Notes under the pieces: model-generated
The model's database searches: none
The model's input: the letters and a program-made list of their open reading frames with translations, nothing else
Told to the model about the DNA's origin: nothing
DNA from: Candidatus Jacksonbacteria bacterium RIFCSPLOWO2_02_FULL_44_20
GTDB taxonomy: Bacteria; Patescibacteriota; Patescibacteriia; UBA9629
Assembly: GCA_001818155.1 (NCBI GenBank)
Contig: MHJU01000005.1
Span: 11,805-75,804, forward strand
Reading direction: 5' to 3'
Length of the DNA: 64,000 nt
In this document: positions 17,727 through 28,056 of the stretch, one piece after another
How the letters are laid out: each line of letters opens with the position of its first letter
Position numbering within the stretch: position 1 is the stretch's first letter
Program-made: the position numbers and the translations under genes

Positions 17727-19262
17727 ATGAAAAAATATCAAATAACCATAAGCATACTTGCCGCGTTTTTCGTTTTAATCCCGAATTTTTCATTTGCCGC
17801 GGCCGCAATTCCAGTTATTGACGCCTCGCTTTACAATCAACTGAAGGGGCTCATTATTTTGAAAGTGGAAGCAAAAGGCGAGGCCTATTACATGCATCCG
17901 CGAACCAAATCCATGTATTATCTTGGACGTCCGGACGACGCTTATGCGGTGATGCGCGATCAAGGAATCGGCATAACAAACGCAAATTTAGCAAGGATTC
18001 CGGTTGGCGCAGGTCCGAATACTCTCAAAGGCGCCATTGATCTTAATTTTACCGCAAAACAGCTCGGTGTTATTTTCCTTCAAGTTGAAGCCAAGGGCGA
18101 AGCGTGGTACGTGTATCCCAAAGACAAAAAGCGCTACTATCTCGGACGCCCGAATGACGCTTACAATGTAATGCGCACTCTCGGACTCGGCGTTTCAAAC
18201 AGCAATTTCGCGCGTTTAACTGGAACAACAGCAGAAAAGAATCCTCTTCCCTATATGGTCGGATATAGAACATACACTTTTACGATTAGCGACTCCAAAT
18301 ATGGTCAGACGCAAATTCCGGTCTCATTCTGGTACCCGACTGATGCCAAACCTGGAACCTTTGTGTATAAAACAGTTGGCGGTGATCTAAAACCATGGAC
18401 ATACACAAGCAGTGTTGCAGTTTCAGCGTCAATAAAACAAGACACACGACCATATCCACTGGCGCTCTTTTTCCATGGAGCGCAAACGTGCGGGACGCAA
18501 TCGGTCTTCTTTGCTGAACATCTTGCATCACAAGGATTTATTGTTGCGGCGCCAGATTTTCCTGATGATGCGCCGCAATGTAGCAGTATTGGCAAAAAAC
18601 CGGCTCCATATTTTGTCTTCCTGCAGTCATTGCAAGCGCTCTTAAAAATTGATGAAATTGGAATGATTGATCTATTGCGTAAAAACTACCGCGTTCCAGG
18701 TGCAACAAAAATACTTGATGCGATTCTTGCGTTGCATGATTCCAAAGATTCTTTTCTCTGGAACACGATTGACAAAAACAAAATTGCCGCGTCCGGGCAC
18801 TCGTATGGCGGTGAAACCTCGCTTGGGCTTTTAGGCGCGCACCCTGACAAAACTTTTAAAGATAGCCGCTTTAAGGTTGCTGTACTTTTCTCTGCGCCGG
18901 TGTTTCCATACAGCGAAAATAATATAGCCACAGTTACTGTTCCGATTATGCTTATTCAAGGTGATGATAACGATGACCTAGACCAATATGGCAATGCTCG
19001 CAAAGACATATATGCAAACGCGAGCGGCCCAAAGTATTTTCTTAAACTGGGCAATGGCGCGAGCCACGGCACTTTCTTTAATGGCGTGTGCACTCCCTAC
19101 AGCACGATCCAAGAATGTCAGAAGCAAGATCAATTTGTTCAGGTGATAAACACCTACGCAACCGCTTTCTTGAATAAATATCTGAACTTTGACGCTAAAG
19201 CCGATGCGGCGCTTAATGAGACCGCATCTCTTCTTAAAGTATACGAAAAGAACGCGCCATGA
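17727..19262 (+). CDS. Secreted alpha/beta hydrolase with two N-terminal ~55-aa repeats
   Basis: Signal peptide; two copies of G.I.L.VEAKGEA.Y..P..K..YYLGRP.DAY.VMR..G.G..N.N.AR; then PLALFFHG, LASQGFIVAAPDF, GHSYGG, candidate Asp (QGDDND) and His (SHGTF). Confidence 0.85.
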   Translation: MKKYQITISILAAFFVLIPNFSFAAAAIPVIDASLYNQLKGLIILKVEAKGEAYYMHPRTKSMYYLGRPDDAYAVMRDQGIGITNANLARIPVGAGPNTLKGAIDLNFTAKQLGVIFLQVEAKGEAWYVYPKDKKRYYLGRPNDAYNVMRTLGLGVSNSNFARLTGTTAEKNPLPYMVGYRTYTFTISDSKYGQTQIPVSFWYPTDAKPGTFVYKTVGGDLKPWTYTSSVAVSASIKQDTRPYPLALFFHGAQTCGTQSVFFAEHLASQGFIVAAPDFPDDAPQCSSIGKKPAPYFVFLQSLQALLKIDEIGMIDLLRKNYRVPGATKILDAILALHDSKDSFLWNTIDKNKIAASGHSYGGETSLGLLGAHPDKTFKDSRFKVAVLFSAPVFPYSENNIATVTVPIMLIQGDDNDDLDQYGNARKDIYANASGPKYFLKLGNGASHGTFFNGVCTPYSTIQECQKQDQFVQVINTYATAFLNKYLNFDAKADAALNETASLLKVYEKNAP

Positions 19263-19271
19263 ACTTCATTT

Positions 19272-19985
19272 TTATAATCCAAAACGTTCAGCAATAAGCG
19301 TCCTCACGATCGGAAAAATGTGGAACCATTTGATTTTTTTTCCTGATGATTTTTTGCGCGCCGTGTAGGAAATCGGAAGCTCTGCGATTGAAACGCCGCG
19401 TTTGCGCAGTTTTGCTGTAACTTCGGCGCAAAATTCAAAACCGTATGAAGCGAGCGCTAAATTTTTCAAAAGTTCCGTTTTTACTAATTTGTAGCAGGTA
19501 TTTTGATCTGTGAGCCGCGCGCCGTAGAGGAAATTCGCGAGCATAGTGATTCCCATGTTTGCAAACCAGTTCATAATTCCCATATTTTTTGGAAATGGTT
19601 TTGCGAGGAAACGGCTTCCGTACACCGCATCTGTTTCATTTTCTTGAGCTTTATCAAGAAGCCGCAGAATATCAGCCGGATCGTATTCTAAATCAGCATC
19701 CTGAATAATAGTGTATCCGCCTTTAGCTTGCGCGAGTCCGGCTTGAATCGCCTTTGATTTTCCCGCATTTATCGCAAGCGGAATAAATATAAGAGAAATT
19801 TCTGGATATTTTTTTTGACACGCGAGCACTTTCACTTTGGTCTCGTCAGTTGATCCGTCGTCAACAACGATTATTTCTGCGTCTTTAAAAAGCAACGCCG
19901 CGATTCTGTCAATGATAACGGCGATCGTGTTTTCTTCGTTGAAAGCCGGAATGATTATAGAAAGTTTTTTATCTGACTCTCTCAT
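19272..19985 (-). CDS. GT2 polyprenol-phosphate glycosyltransferase (DPM1/GtrB-like)
   Basis: IPAFNEE, VDDGSTD, NAGK, QDADLEYDP, VYGSRF, LTD..TCYK. Confidence 0.92.
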   Translation of the reverse strand: MRESDKKLSIIIPAFNEENTIAVIIDRIAALLFKDAEIIVVDDGSTDETKVKVLACQKKYPEISLIFIPLAINAGKSKAIQAGLAQAKGGYTIIQDADLEYDPADILRLLDKAQENETDAVYGSRFLAKPFPKNMGIMNWFANMGITMLANFLYGARLTDQNTCYKLVKTELLKNLALASYGFEFCAEVTAKLRKRGVSIAELPISYTARKKSSGKKIKWFHIFPIVRTLIAERFGL

Positions 19986-21444
19986 AAAGCGTTTTTCCGC
20001 TTATTGCTATGCCTATAAAAATAATAACAAGGTAAAGTATTTTGTATTCCACGGAGACCCACATATACGGAATTTGTTTTGACAAATACCATAGGTCAGG
20101 CGTGTAAAAAATTTCTTTTGGCGTTATCTCTCCACCGATGAGCACAACATCTCGCCCATTTGTAAAAAGCGCGCGCATCCAGCTTTCAATTTTATAAGTA
20201 AATACAGGTAGCGTGAAGCCCATGAGATGATAGAGATACGCTTTGAGAAAAAACCAATGCACATTAACTTGAGACAGAGACGGCATATATTGCATTAATG
20301 GAAGCGCATCCAGTTTAATCTCGCGGAGGTAAAATAGGTATTTGCCTGTACTATACAGACTCCCTAGAATTTGAACAAAGATACTGGCTAGTATAATTCC
20401 TGCGTTCGCGATTTTTATCCACAGTCGCATTTTTGGAATTTCGCGCCATACGTATCCTGCGGGAATAAGCGCGAGCGGCACAATCAACAAAAGTTTTCGC
20501 GGACCCCAGATTTCATCGGTCCAAAATCGGAACGGAGCTTGAAAGAGAATAAAGATGAAAATTCCGGCGATTGCGGAAGAACACAACGCGCGTTCTTTTT
20601 TCCAGAATGTTAAAATTCCTGGAATAGCGAGAACGAGCACCGGATTGAAAAGGAAGATGCTTTTGCCGGCGGAAAATAGAAATCCGTGCAATCCGGCAAC
20701 AATTGAATCGTATTGAAACTCCCATGAGAGATTATACCTGCCTCTCAAAAAGTTTCCAAAGATCGCGTAGTTCCACAAGAAATGCGCGCCAATGCCGACG
20801 CAAAGAGTTAAGGCGCATAGAGTTATCGCCTTTTTATCTTTTATAATCCGTCGGGAATTAACAAGATACAGCGCAATCGGGAGAGCAAAAAGAATACTGT
20901 ACGATTTTATGAGCACTGCGCCGGCAAGAGCAATCCCGCAAAGGATAAGAAATTTCGCGTTGCTTTTTTTGTGATAATAAACAAGAAAACAATATGAGAC
21001 TATGAGGAGTAGAGTTACTTCATGCTCCATGCCGATAAACGAGTACGGAAAAATCATGGTTCCTGTAAGAAGAAGAATGCTTTGAATGATTGCAATGCGG
21101 CGATTTTCAAAAAGCAGATCGTTTAATACGTAGAATACAACAGGAATAAGCGCGCTATAGAACACAACCGAGATGGGCCCCATAAAATCCCTTATGGTTT
21201 CGAATCCCAAACGGTTTGCGGCTTCATATAGAAGCGCGAATGGTATTGAAAGAAAAACGCCGATAGCGCCGATTCTCGCATCGATATTTCCTCCAAAAAG
21301 AAGCGCGCGCGCGGCAAAAAAGGTTTCCTTTTCATAACCTTCAAATCTTCCGCGGAAAAAGATCATGAGGAAAAAAAAGGAGAACGCGAATAAGGAGATA
21401 ACTGTAGAACGAGTTTTAGAAGTCGTTATCATTTTGTTTCGCAA
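19969..21444 (-). CDS. GT-C-like integral membrane glycosyltransferase (ArnT/PMT/GtrC-like)
   Basis: More than 10 TM segments, GKSIFLFNP, WGPR; lies between GtrA and GtrB-like genes. Start may be 21432. Confidence 0.7.
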   Translation of the reverse strand: MRNKMITTSKTRSTVISLFAFSFFFLMIFFRGRFEGYEKETFFAARALLFGGNIDARIGAIGVFLSIPFALLYEAANRLGFETIRDFMGPISVVFYSALIPVVFYVLNDLLFENRRIAIIQSILLLTGTMIFPYSFIGMEHEVTLLLIVSYCFLVYYHKKSNAKFLILCGIALAGAVLIKSYSILFALPIALYLVNSRRIIKDKKAITLCALTLCVGIGAHFLWNYAIFGNFLRGRYNLSWEFQYDSIVAGLHGFLFSAGKSIFLFNPVLVLAIPGILTFWKKERALCSSAIAGIFIFILFQAPFRFWTDEIWGPRKLLLIVPLALIPAGYVWREIPKMRLWIKIANAGIILASIFVQILGSLYSTGKYLFYLREIKLDALPLMQYMPSLSQVNVHWFFLKAYLYHLMGFTLPVFTYKIESWMRALFTNGRDVVLIGGEITPKEIFYTPDLWYLSKQIPYMWVSVEYKILYLVIIFIGIAISGKTLYERVR

Positions 21445-21838
21445 AAATTATCCGCTTATTTATTGAATAATTCCAAACAAGCGCCGCCCCGGTTGCGATT
21501 ATTTTACCAAACACGTACCAGATCCCGATTATGCGCGCCATCAAAAAAAGAACCGCGTTGTTGATTGCAACTCCAATAAGCGAGCAAGCTATAAAGAGAA
21601 CGAACTGACGGAAAACATCAGGATAAGTATTTTGAAAGGTAATGCGGCGGTTCAGGTAAAAACTGTTAAAAGCCGCAACTGAAAATGAAAGCGTATTTGC
21701 CGCCAAAAGGGGAAATCCTATAATTTCAATGCTCATGATGAGTATTGAAAAATCAATTCCGGCGCTTACGCTCCCGATCAGGCAGTACCTGATAAACGTT
21801 GGATAGCGTTTTAGAAGTCGTGTAAGTGCATGAATCAT
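21416..21838 (-). CDS. GtrA-family flippase-like protein
   Basis: FIRYCLIG, ANTLSF, NSFYLNRRITF, K..AT.....WNYSINK. Confidence 0.9.
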   Translation of the reverse strand: MIHALTRLLKRYPTFIRYCLIGSVSAGIDFSILIMSIEIIGFPLLAANTLSFSVAAFNSFYLNRRITFQNTYPDVFRQFVLFIACSLIGVAINNAVLFLMARIIGIWYVFGKIIATGAALVWNYSINKRIIFAKQNDNDF

Positions 21839-22299
21839 CAGCGAATATCTTGGACAGTAAATTCTATTTTGCCGGCAGGTATGACAACTTTAATAATATC
21901 GCCTTTTTTCGCTCCGAGAAACGCGGCGCCGATCGGAGAGTGGGCAGAAATTTTTCCATGTTTCGGATCCGCTTCGCTCATGCCGACAATTTCGTATTCT
22001 ATAATTTCTCCTTGGTTTGATCGTGCCGTAAGCCGCGATCCGATTGAGATTCGTGTCTTTGAACCGGTCGGCTGAACCACAGTTGCGCTTTTGAGCAGTG
22101 ACTCAATTTCCAGGATACGTGATTCAATCAGCCCCTGTTCTTCTTTTGCGGCGTGATATTCAGCGTTTTCAGAGAGATCGCCAAGTTCTTTTGCGTCTTT
22201 AATTTTTTGCGCAACAAGCACGCGCCTATTTTTCAACAAGGTAAGCTCTTCTTCCAGTTTTTGCTTCCCTGTTGGTGTAATAAATTTATTGTTGTCCAT
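21838..22299 (-). CDS. greA: Transcription elongation factor GreA
   Basis: GDLSENAEYHAAKEEQ, ISAHSPIGAA. Confidence 0.97.
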   Translation of the reverse strand: MDNNKFITPTGKQKLEEELTLLKNRRVLVAQKIKDAKELGDLSENAEYHAAKEEQGLIESRILEIESLLKSATVVQPTGSKTRISIGSRLTARSNQGEIIEYEIVGMSEADPKHGKISAHSPIGAAFLGAKKGDIIKVVIPAGKIEFTVQDIR

Positions 22300-22357
22300 G
22301 AGAGTTGAGAATTAAGAATTTAAGAAGTAAGGACTAAGAACCTATTTTCAAGCGATT

Positions 22358-24205
22358 CTAATTTCTAACTTCCAACTTCTTGCTTCTCGTAAAGTACCAA
22401 TTAAAAAAGTCGCGGGCAATAGGCGCCGCGGCCTCTGATCCTCCGCTTTCTTCCATTAGAACCGTAATCACAATTTCCGGATTATTAAATGGGGCAAACC
22501 CAGTAAACCATCCATGCGGTTTTTTGTCTTTTGAAAATTCCGCGGTGCCTGTTTTGCCAGCAGGCTCTATTCCAGGTATTTCAAGCGAGCGAGCGCTTCC
22601 ATACCGCACTGTATCGCGCAATCCTTCGCGAATAACGTCAACATTGTGAGTGGAAATAAAATTTTTGTCAATAATTACTCTTTCTTTTTTCACTATATGC
22701 GGCCGATATAATACGCCGCCGTTTGCAAAGAAGATTGTATAAAGTGCGATCTGTAATGGAGTCGCAAGAATATCTCCCTGCCCGATACTCGCATGATAGG
22801 TGTCTCCAAGATACCAGCGTTCGTTTTTGGCGGCAAATTTCCACTCTTTTGTCGGAAGAAATCCTCTCCCCTCCCCTGTCAGATCAACTCCTGTTTTGAC
22901 TCCCAGGTTAAATTTCTTGGCGTATGAGACTATGCGATCTATGCCTAAACCTTCGCGATTTGGAACTCCACCTCCGATTGTATAAAAGTATGTATTCACT
23001 GACCATGCAATCGCTCGTCTGATGTCTGTCGTTCCATGGCCCCCGGGGAGCCAGTCCGGAAAGAACCACTCGCCAACTCTAATGCCTCCGGTTGAAAGAA
23101 CGCTGAAACGTTCATCTGTTACTCCTTCTTCAAGCGCCGCGGATCCGACAATAATCTTAAACGTTGAGCCAGGCGGATACTCGCCGGCGATTGCGCGATT
23201 AAACAACGGGCTGTTTTCATCAGAAATTATCTGTTGAAATTTTTCTTGACTGAAGCTAGTTGTGAATAAATTATTATCAAACGCCGGCAGTGAAATTAAC
23301 GCAAGAATCTCCCCGTTTCTAGGATCCATCGCAATCCCAGCCGCGCGTTTTACGCCGCGTTTTTGCATCTCCTCCTCTATGCGCGCAGTTAACATCTCTT
23401 GGAGGCTAAGGTCAATTGAGAGCAATATATCTTCCCCCTTCTTCGGATCCGTTTCTGAAATAATCCGATCTTCTTTACCAAACGCGTTTACCTGCACTTC
23501 GCGCGTTCCTTTTACGCCGCGCAGTTCTTTTTCGTACCATGCCTCTACTCCGTTTTGCCCGCGCGCGTCTGAAAAAGAGTAAAACGAATCGCGCGTCATG
23601 TCTTCTTTTTTTACCGCGCTTGTATATCCTATTATGTGGGCTAAAAGATTTTTGTATGGATATTCGCGGTTAAAGGATTCTTGTAAAAAAACTCCTGGCC
23701 ATTCGGCGATGACCGGGACGAGTTTTATGCCCTCTTCATAAGAGAGATTTTTTTTTAAGACGATTGGCACGTACGAATATGAAGCAAGACGTTTTGCGCC
23801 TTCTGTGAGATCATCAGTTTTTCCAAAGCGTTCTTCCAGTTTTGCGATAATTGTTTCAATCGGAAAATTGTTTGCGTAAATATCAAAAGGCGTTGCAAGG
23901 AGTGTGAACTCCGGCGCATTCACCACAAGCGGAGTGCCATCGCTTGCGTAAATGATGCCGCGTGGAGGAATTTTTTCCTTTACGCGAATGCGATTTTGTT
24001 CTGCAAGTTCTCTGTAAGTCTCGCCATGAATTATCTCTAAAAAACTTAATGTTGCCAATAACGCAAGAAGAGCGCACCATATTCCGGCGTGCATAATGCG
24101 GATACGCATATTATCATACGGTTTATGCAGAGTATCAAGCGGGGAGAGCGACGGAGAATATTCTGTCCCTTCATACGCCCTTTTATTAAAATTTCTGATT
24201 TTCAT
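22358..24205 (-). CDS. mrdA: Penicillin-binding protein 2
   Basis: PRGIIY, REYPY, PGSTFK (SxxK), SVN (SxN), GKTGT; follows mreBCD. Exact start uncertain. Confidence 0.95.
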   Translation of the reverse strand: MKIRNFNKRAYEGTEYSPSLSPLDTLHKPYDNMRIRIMHAGIWCALLALLATLSFLEIIHGETYRELAEQNRIRVKEKIPPRGIIYASDGTPLVVNAPEFTLLATPFDIYANNFPIETIIAKLEERFGKTDDLTEGAKRLASYSYVPIVLKKNLSYEEGIKLVPVIAEWPGVFLQESFNREYPYKNLLAHIIGYTSAVKKEDMTRDSFYSFSDARGQNGVEAWYEKELRGVKGTREVQVNAFGKEDRIISETDPKKGEDILLSIDLSLQEMLTARIEEEMQKRGVKRAAGIAMDPRNGEILALISLPAFDNNLFTTSFSQEKFQQIISDENSPLFNRAIAGEYPPGSTFKIIVGSAALEEGVTDERFSVLSTGGIRVGEWFFPDWLPGGHGTTDIRRAIAWSVNTYFYTIGGGVPNREGLGIDRIVSYAKKFNLGVKTGVDLTGEGRGFLPTKEWKFAAKNERWYLGDTYHASIGQGDILATPLQIALYTIFFANGGVLYRPHIVKKERVIIDKNFISTHNVDVIREGLRDTVRYGSARSLEIPGIEPAGKTGTAEFSKDKKPHGWFTGFAPFNNPEIVITVLMEESGGSEAAAPIARDFFNWYFTRSKKLEVRN

Positions 24206-24690
24206 AAAAAACGTTTATCAATTTCTTTATGAATTTTTTCTATAATAAAATACCCGGATACCGCAAGCGCGCTGTTTATTGTAATTCCAAACAGAATTTC
24301 AAACACTGCTTCATAATTTATACTCCACTTCAAAAGCATCTGCGAGATGATTACAGTAGTAAAGAAGAGAATACCGCTTATAAGAATAGTTATTTTATTT
24401 TCGTCGGTGATAATCGCGCCGCGGACGAATGCGAGAATAAGAAGCGCAATGAGATAGATAACGGTTTGCAACCCCAGATATTGCAAAGCAGAATAATCTT
24501 CCAGTCCTCCTAAAATAATAGAGGCGATGCATGCGTGTTCCAGAGAAAATTCAAGGAATATAAGCAGGATCGCAATCTGTATGATCTCAATCGCATTAAA
24601 CGGCTGAATCAGCCCGGAGAAAAAAATATCAAAAAGAAGAAGCGTCGTGATAGCAGACAATATAATAATAGCGTCGCGGATGCGATTCAT
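24202..24690 (-). CDS. mreD: Probable rod shape-determining protein MreD
   Basis: 162-aa hydrophobic protein between mreC and mrdA with a GGLED motif; call rests mainly on synteny. Confidence 0.7.
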   Translation of the reverse strand: MNRIRDAIIILSAITTLLLFDIFFSGLIQPFNAIEIIQIAILLIFLEFSLEHACIASIILGGLEDYSALQYLGLQTVIYLIALLILAFVRGAIITDENKITILISGILFFTTVIISQMLLKWSINYEAVFEILFGITINSALAVSGYFIIEKIHKEIDKRFL

Positions 24691-25487
24691 GAGTGTGTGA
24701 TTACAGACGCGGTGATAAAGTTTTCTATTGAGTACGGCGGGACGATTGCCGCGGCATTGAAAATTTCATTGTCGCTCTCCTCAAGCGCGGATATGGAGCC
24801 GATGTAAAGCGACGATGGGATTCCTTCTTCCAAACCGTTTGTGTAAACGCGCATGCCTTCTGACAAAGGGATATTTTTCGGGATCAAGTCTAATTTTATT
24901 GCTGTATTCTGGCTCCCGCTCGCAACGCCGGCAACAAAATTAGCGCCGTCTCCGACTGTTGCAAGAATCGCGCTTTTATTATCAGTAGTAAGCCGAACTC
25001 GCGCGACTTCATCGCTTACCTCTATTACTTTTCCGATGATTGTGCCGTTTAGAACAACAACCGCGTTTCCTTTTACAATGCCATCCTTCGCGCCATTGTC
25101 CAAAAGAATTGCCTGTTCCCCGTCTTTATTTGTTATATGAATTATGCGCGATGGGAGAATGGTGAATCGCGTTTCCGTTCCAAATTTTAAGATTGCCCGT
25201 AGCTCTTCATTTTCCTGTTTTATTTTTTGCAGAGCAAGAATTTCCGATGTTAATTCCAGCGTTTTTTTTTCCAGTCTGCGGACTTGCGTCAAAAGCGCGC
25301 GTTTTGAAGAAAGCGCAATGGAAAGTTCGGTATTTGTGTTTTGCGCCAAATTTATGGCCTGCGCCTGCAAAGGATTTAAGATCGCGCGCGTTGCTTTATC
25401 AAGCGTAGAGAGGAGTGAAAGATGATAGAGCGCTACAACGAGAGCAAACAGAAAAAATGCAATCGCAAATTTTTTAGTGAGAAACAT
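24687..25487 (-). CDS. mreC: Rod shape-determining protein MreC
   Basis: TM, coiled coil (QENEELRAIL), DNGAKDGI, IIGKVIEV, VYTNGL..IP. Confidence 0.92.
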   Translation of the reverse strand: MFLTKKFAIAFFLFALVVALYHLSLLSTLDKATRAILNPLQAQAINLAQNTNTELSIALSSKRALLTQVRRLEKKTLELTSEILALQKIKQENEELRAILKFGTETRFTILPSRIIHITNKDGEQAILLDNGAKDGIVKGNAVVVLNGTIIGKVIEVSDEVARVRLTTDNKSAILATVGDGANFVAGVASGSQNTAIKLDLIPKNIPLSEGMRVYTNGLEEGIPSSLYIGSISALEESDNEIFNAAAIVPPYSIENFITASVITHS

Positions 25488-25494
25488 ATTATAA

Positions 25495-26535
25495 TTACAA
25501 CCCGGCAGACGGCAGTTTTACCTGTTTCAAAAGCGCGATGTCTTCAAGTAAAAGCCCGGTGCCGCGTACAACCGCCGTCAGCGGATCGTCAACAATATGC
25601 ACGGGCACGCGCGTGCGCTGTGAGATCATCGTATCTAGCCCGCGTAAAAGCGCGCCGCCTCCTGCAAGCATGATGCCGCGTTCATGGATGTCCGCGACAA
25701 GCTCCGGCGGCGTCGCTTCAATAGTGCTGATGATATTTTCAATCATTGTTGTTATCGTGGGAAGAATCGCTTCGCGCGCCTCTTCGTTTGTGATCGTAGT
25801 TTCAGTCGGTAGCCCGTCAAGAAGATTCCGCCCGCGAATTTTATATCCGAGCACTTCTTTTGCCGGCAAGACGGAGCCGATCTTAATTTTTATTTCTTCG
25901 GCAGTTTTTTCGCCGATCAGAATGTTAAAATTTTCCCGCACATAGCGCAATATATTCTCATTCAATTCATTGCCGGCAAGACGGAGCGATTTTTTAGAAA
26001 CGATTCCGCCAAGAGATATCACCGCAATTTCTGTTGTTCCTCCACCGATGTCAACAAGCATGAAGCCGGACGGTTCGTGGATGGGAATGCGCGAGCCTAT
26101 CGCGGCGGCAAGAGGCTCTTCAATAAGATACACTTCGCGCGCGCCCGCGGAAAGAGTCGCGTCTTCAACCGCTTTTCGTTCAACTTCCGTTACGTCCATA
26201 GGAATGCCGATCACAACCCGCGGACGCGGCGCAAATCCGCGCGTTTCCTTGTGCGTCTTTTGTATGAAATATCGCAACATTTTTTCCGTAACTTCAAAAT
26301 CAGATATCACTCCATCCTGAAGAGGCTTTATCGCGACGATGTGAGCCGGAGTTTTACCAACCATCTTTTTTGCCTCTTCGCCGACCGCGAGAATTTCCTC
26401 GGTGCGCGTGTTCAGCGCCACAACAGAAGGTTCATTTAAGACGATTCCCTTATCTTTCACAAATACAAGCGTATTTGCCGTGCCAAGGTCAATACCCATA
26501 TCTTTTGATAGGCGGCTGAAAAGTTTGGAGAACAT
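25495..26535 (-). CDS. mreB: Rod shape-determining protein MreB (paralogue 2, operonic)
   Basis: Start ATG 26535 (MFSKLF); GIDLGTANT, DIGGGTTEIAVISLGG, LAGGGALL. Confidence 0.97.
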   Translation of the reverse strand: MFSKLFSRLSKDMGIDLGTANTLVFVKDKGIVLNEPSVVALNTRTEEILAVGEEAKKMVGKTPAHIVAIKPLQDGVISDFEVTEKMLRYFIQKTHKETRGFAPRPRVVIGIPMDVTEVERKAVEDATLSAGAREVYLIEEPLAAAIGSRIPIHEPSGFMLVDIGGGTTEIAVISLGGIVSKKSLRLAGNELNENILRYVRENFNILIGEKTAEEIKIKIGSVLPAKEVLGYKIRGRNLLDGLPTETTITNEEAREAILPTITTMIENIISTIEATPPELVADIHERGIMLAGGGALLRGLDTMISQRTRVPVHIVDDPLTAVVRGTGLLLEDIALLKQVKLPSAGL

Positions 26536-26572
26536 AAATAAAAACTCAAAATGCAAATTTCAAAATTCAAAA

Positions 26573-28018
26573 CTATTTGCGCGGGAATAGCGTCACTGGT
26601 TCAATGATTTTTTTAGAAATGTCAATTTTTTTTTGTATCGTTTTTGTTGTTAACGGCAAAAAGGGGGCAATATCTTTAGCAATGGAAAGAATGCGAGAGA
26701 TTAAATATGCAAGATCAGCGGTAATTTTTTCCTGTTCTTTTTGTTTATCGTATTGCCATGGTTTTTCTTTTGCGAGGATTTCATCGCACAATCGCGCATC
26801 TTGGATTACACTCTGTATCATTTCGTATAACATGAAATTGTTTATCAATTCCTTTGCGTCTTGCTTTTCGCCTTTTATTTCCTGCTCCTCTTCAAGTTTC
26901 CAAAATTTTTGCCAATCTGTTATTTGTTTTACACACAAAGTCGTTACACGCGACACCAAATTTCCGATTCCGTTTGCCAGGTCCGCGTTGTATTTTTCAT
27001 CAAACTTACCTTCTTCAATATCTCCGTCAGAGCCGAATGGAAATTGCGAAAGTATTAGATAGCGCGCGCCGTCTCTCCCATAGCGATCGCAAAGATCATT
27101 TGGATCAATGACGTTGCCAAGCGTTTTGCTCATTTTCTGCCCGTTTACAGTAAAAAATCCATGCGCGAATATCGTTTTCGGAATCTTCTCCGCATCTCCA
27201 TCGTAGTATGCGAGGAGCATCGCAGGCCAGTAAATGCAGTGGAATTTAATAATGTCTTTGCCTATTATTTGCAAATCCGGCGGCCAAAACATTTGGCGTT
27301 TATGGACGGCTGTCCAGTAATTCAAGAGCGCCTCCACCCATACATACATCGTTTGAGCGTTGTCCCATGGAAGCGGTATCCCCCATCTTACGTTCGGGCG
27401 CGAGACAGAAAAATTTTCCATTCCTTGGCGAAAGAGCCCAAGCACTTCTTCAGTTCTCGCCTCCGGAAGCACGCTTATTGCGCCTTGTTCTATGATTGTT
27501 TGAATTTTTGGAAGATATTTGTCAAGTTTAAAAAACCAATTTTTTTCAACGATCCGCTCCGGTTTTCGCAAATGATCTTTACATAAGCCGTCCTCTCTCA
27601 ACTGTTTTTCAGTGATAAAACTCTCACATCCGTTACAGTAGAGCCCAGCATAGTCTCCTTCATAAAGCGCGCCTTTAACTTTTAATGCCCGCAAAAATTC
27701 TGCCGCGCCTTGTTCGTGATATTCATCGGTTGTGCGGATAAAGTGATTATGAGATATATTAAGTCTCTGCCATGTGCTTACAAAAAGCGTAGCTATTTCA
27801 TCGCAAAATAATTTTGGATTTTTTCCATCTCGCTCCGCGGCTTCGGCTATTTTTGCTCCGTGTTCGTCTGTGCCTGTCAAAAAAAATACGCGATCTTCTC
27901 CGATTTTTTGCCGATAGTATCTAGCTATTGCGTCCGCCGCAAGAGTTGTGTAAGCGTGTCCGATATGCGGCATGGCGTTGACGTAATAAATTGGAGTTGT
28001 GAGGTAAAATTTTGACAT
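26573..28018 (-). CDS. metG: Methionine--tRNA ligase (short form)
   Basis: YLTTPIYYVN, HIGH, GTDEHG, GKDI, KMSKT. Confidence 0.97.
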   Translation of the reverse strand: MSKFYLTTPIYYVNAMPHIGHAYTTLAADAIARYYRQKIGEDRVFFLTGTDEHGAKIAEAAERDGKNPKLFCDEIATLFVSTWQRLNISHNHFIRTTDEYHEQGAAEFLRALKVKGALYEGDYAGLYCNGCESFITEKQLREDGLCKDHLRKPERIVEKNWFFKLDKYLPKIQTIIEQGAISVLPEARTEEVLGLFRQGMENFSVSRPNVRWGIPLPWDNAQTMYVWVEALLNYWTAVHKRQMFWPPDLQIIGKDIIKFHCIYWPAMLLAYYDGDAEKIPKTIFAHGFFTVNGQKMSKTLGNVIDPNDLCDRYGRDGARYLILSQFPFGSDGDIEEGKFDEKYNADLANGIGNLVSRVTTLCVKQITDWQKFWKLEEEQEIKGEKQDAKELINNFMLYEMIQSVIQDARLCDEILAKEKPWQYDKQKEQEKITADLAYLISRILSIAKDIAPFLPLTTKTIQKKIDISKKIIEPVTLFPRK

Positions 28019-28056
28019 GAAGAACAAGTAAGGTGGTTTTGAAATCTACGCTGTCT

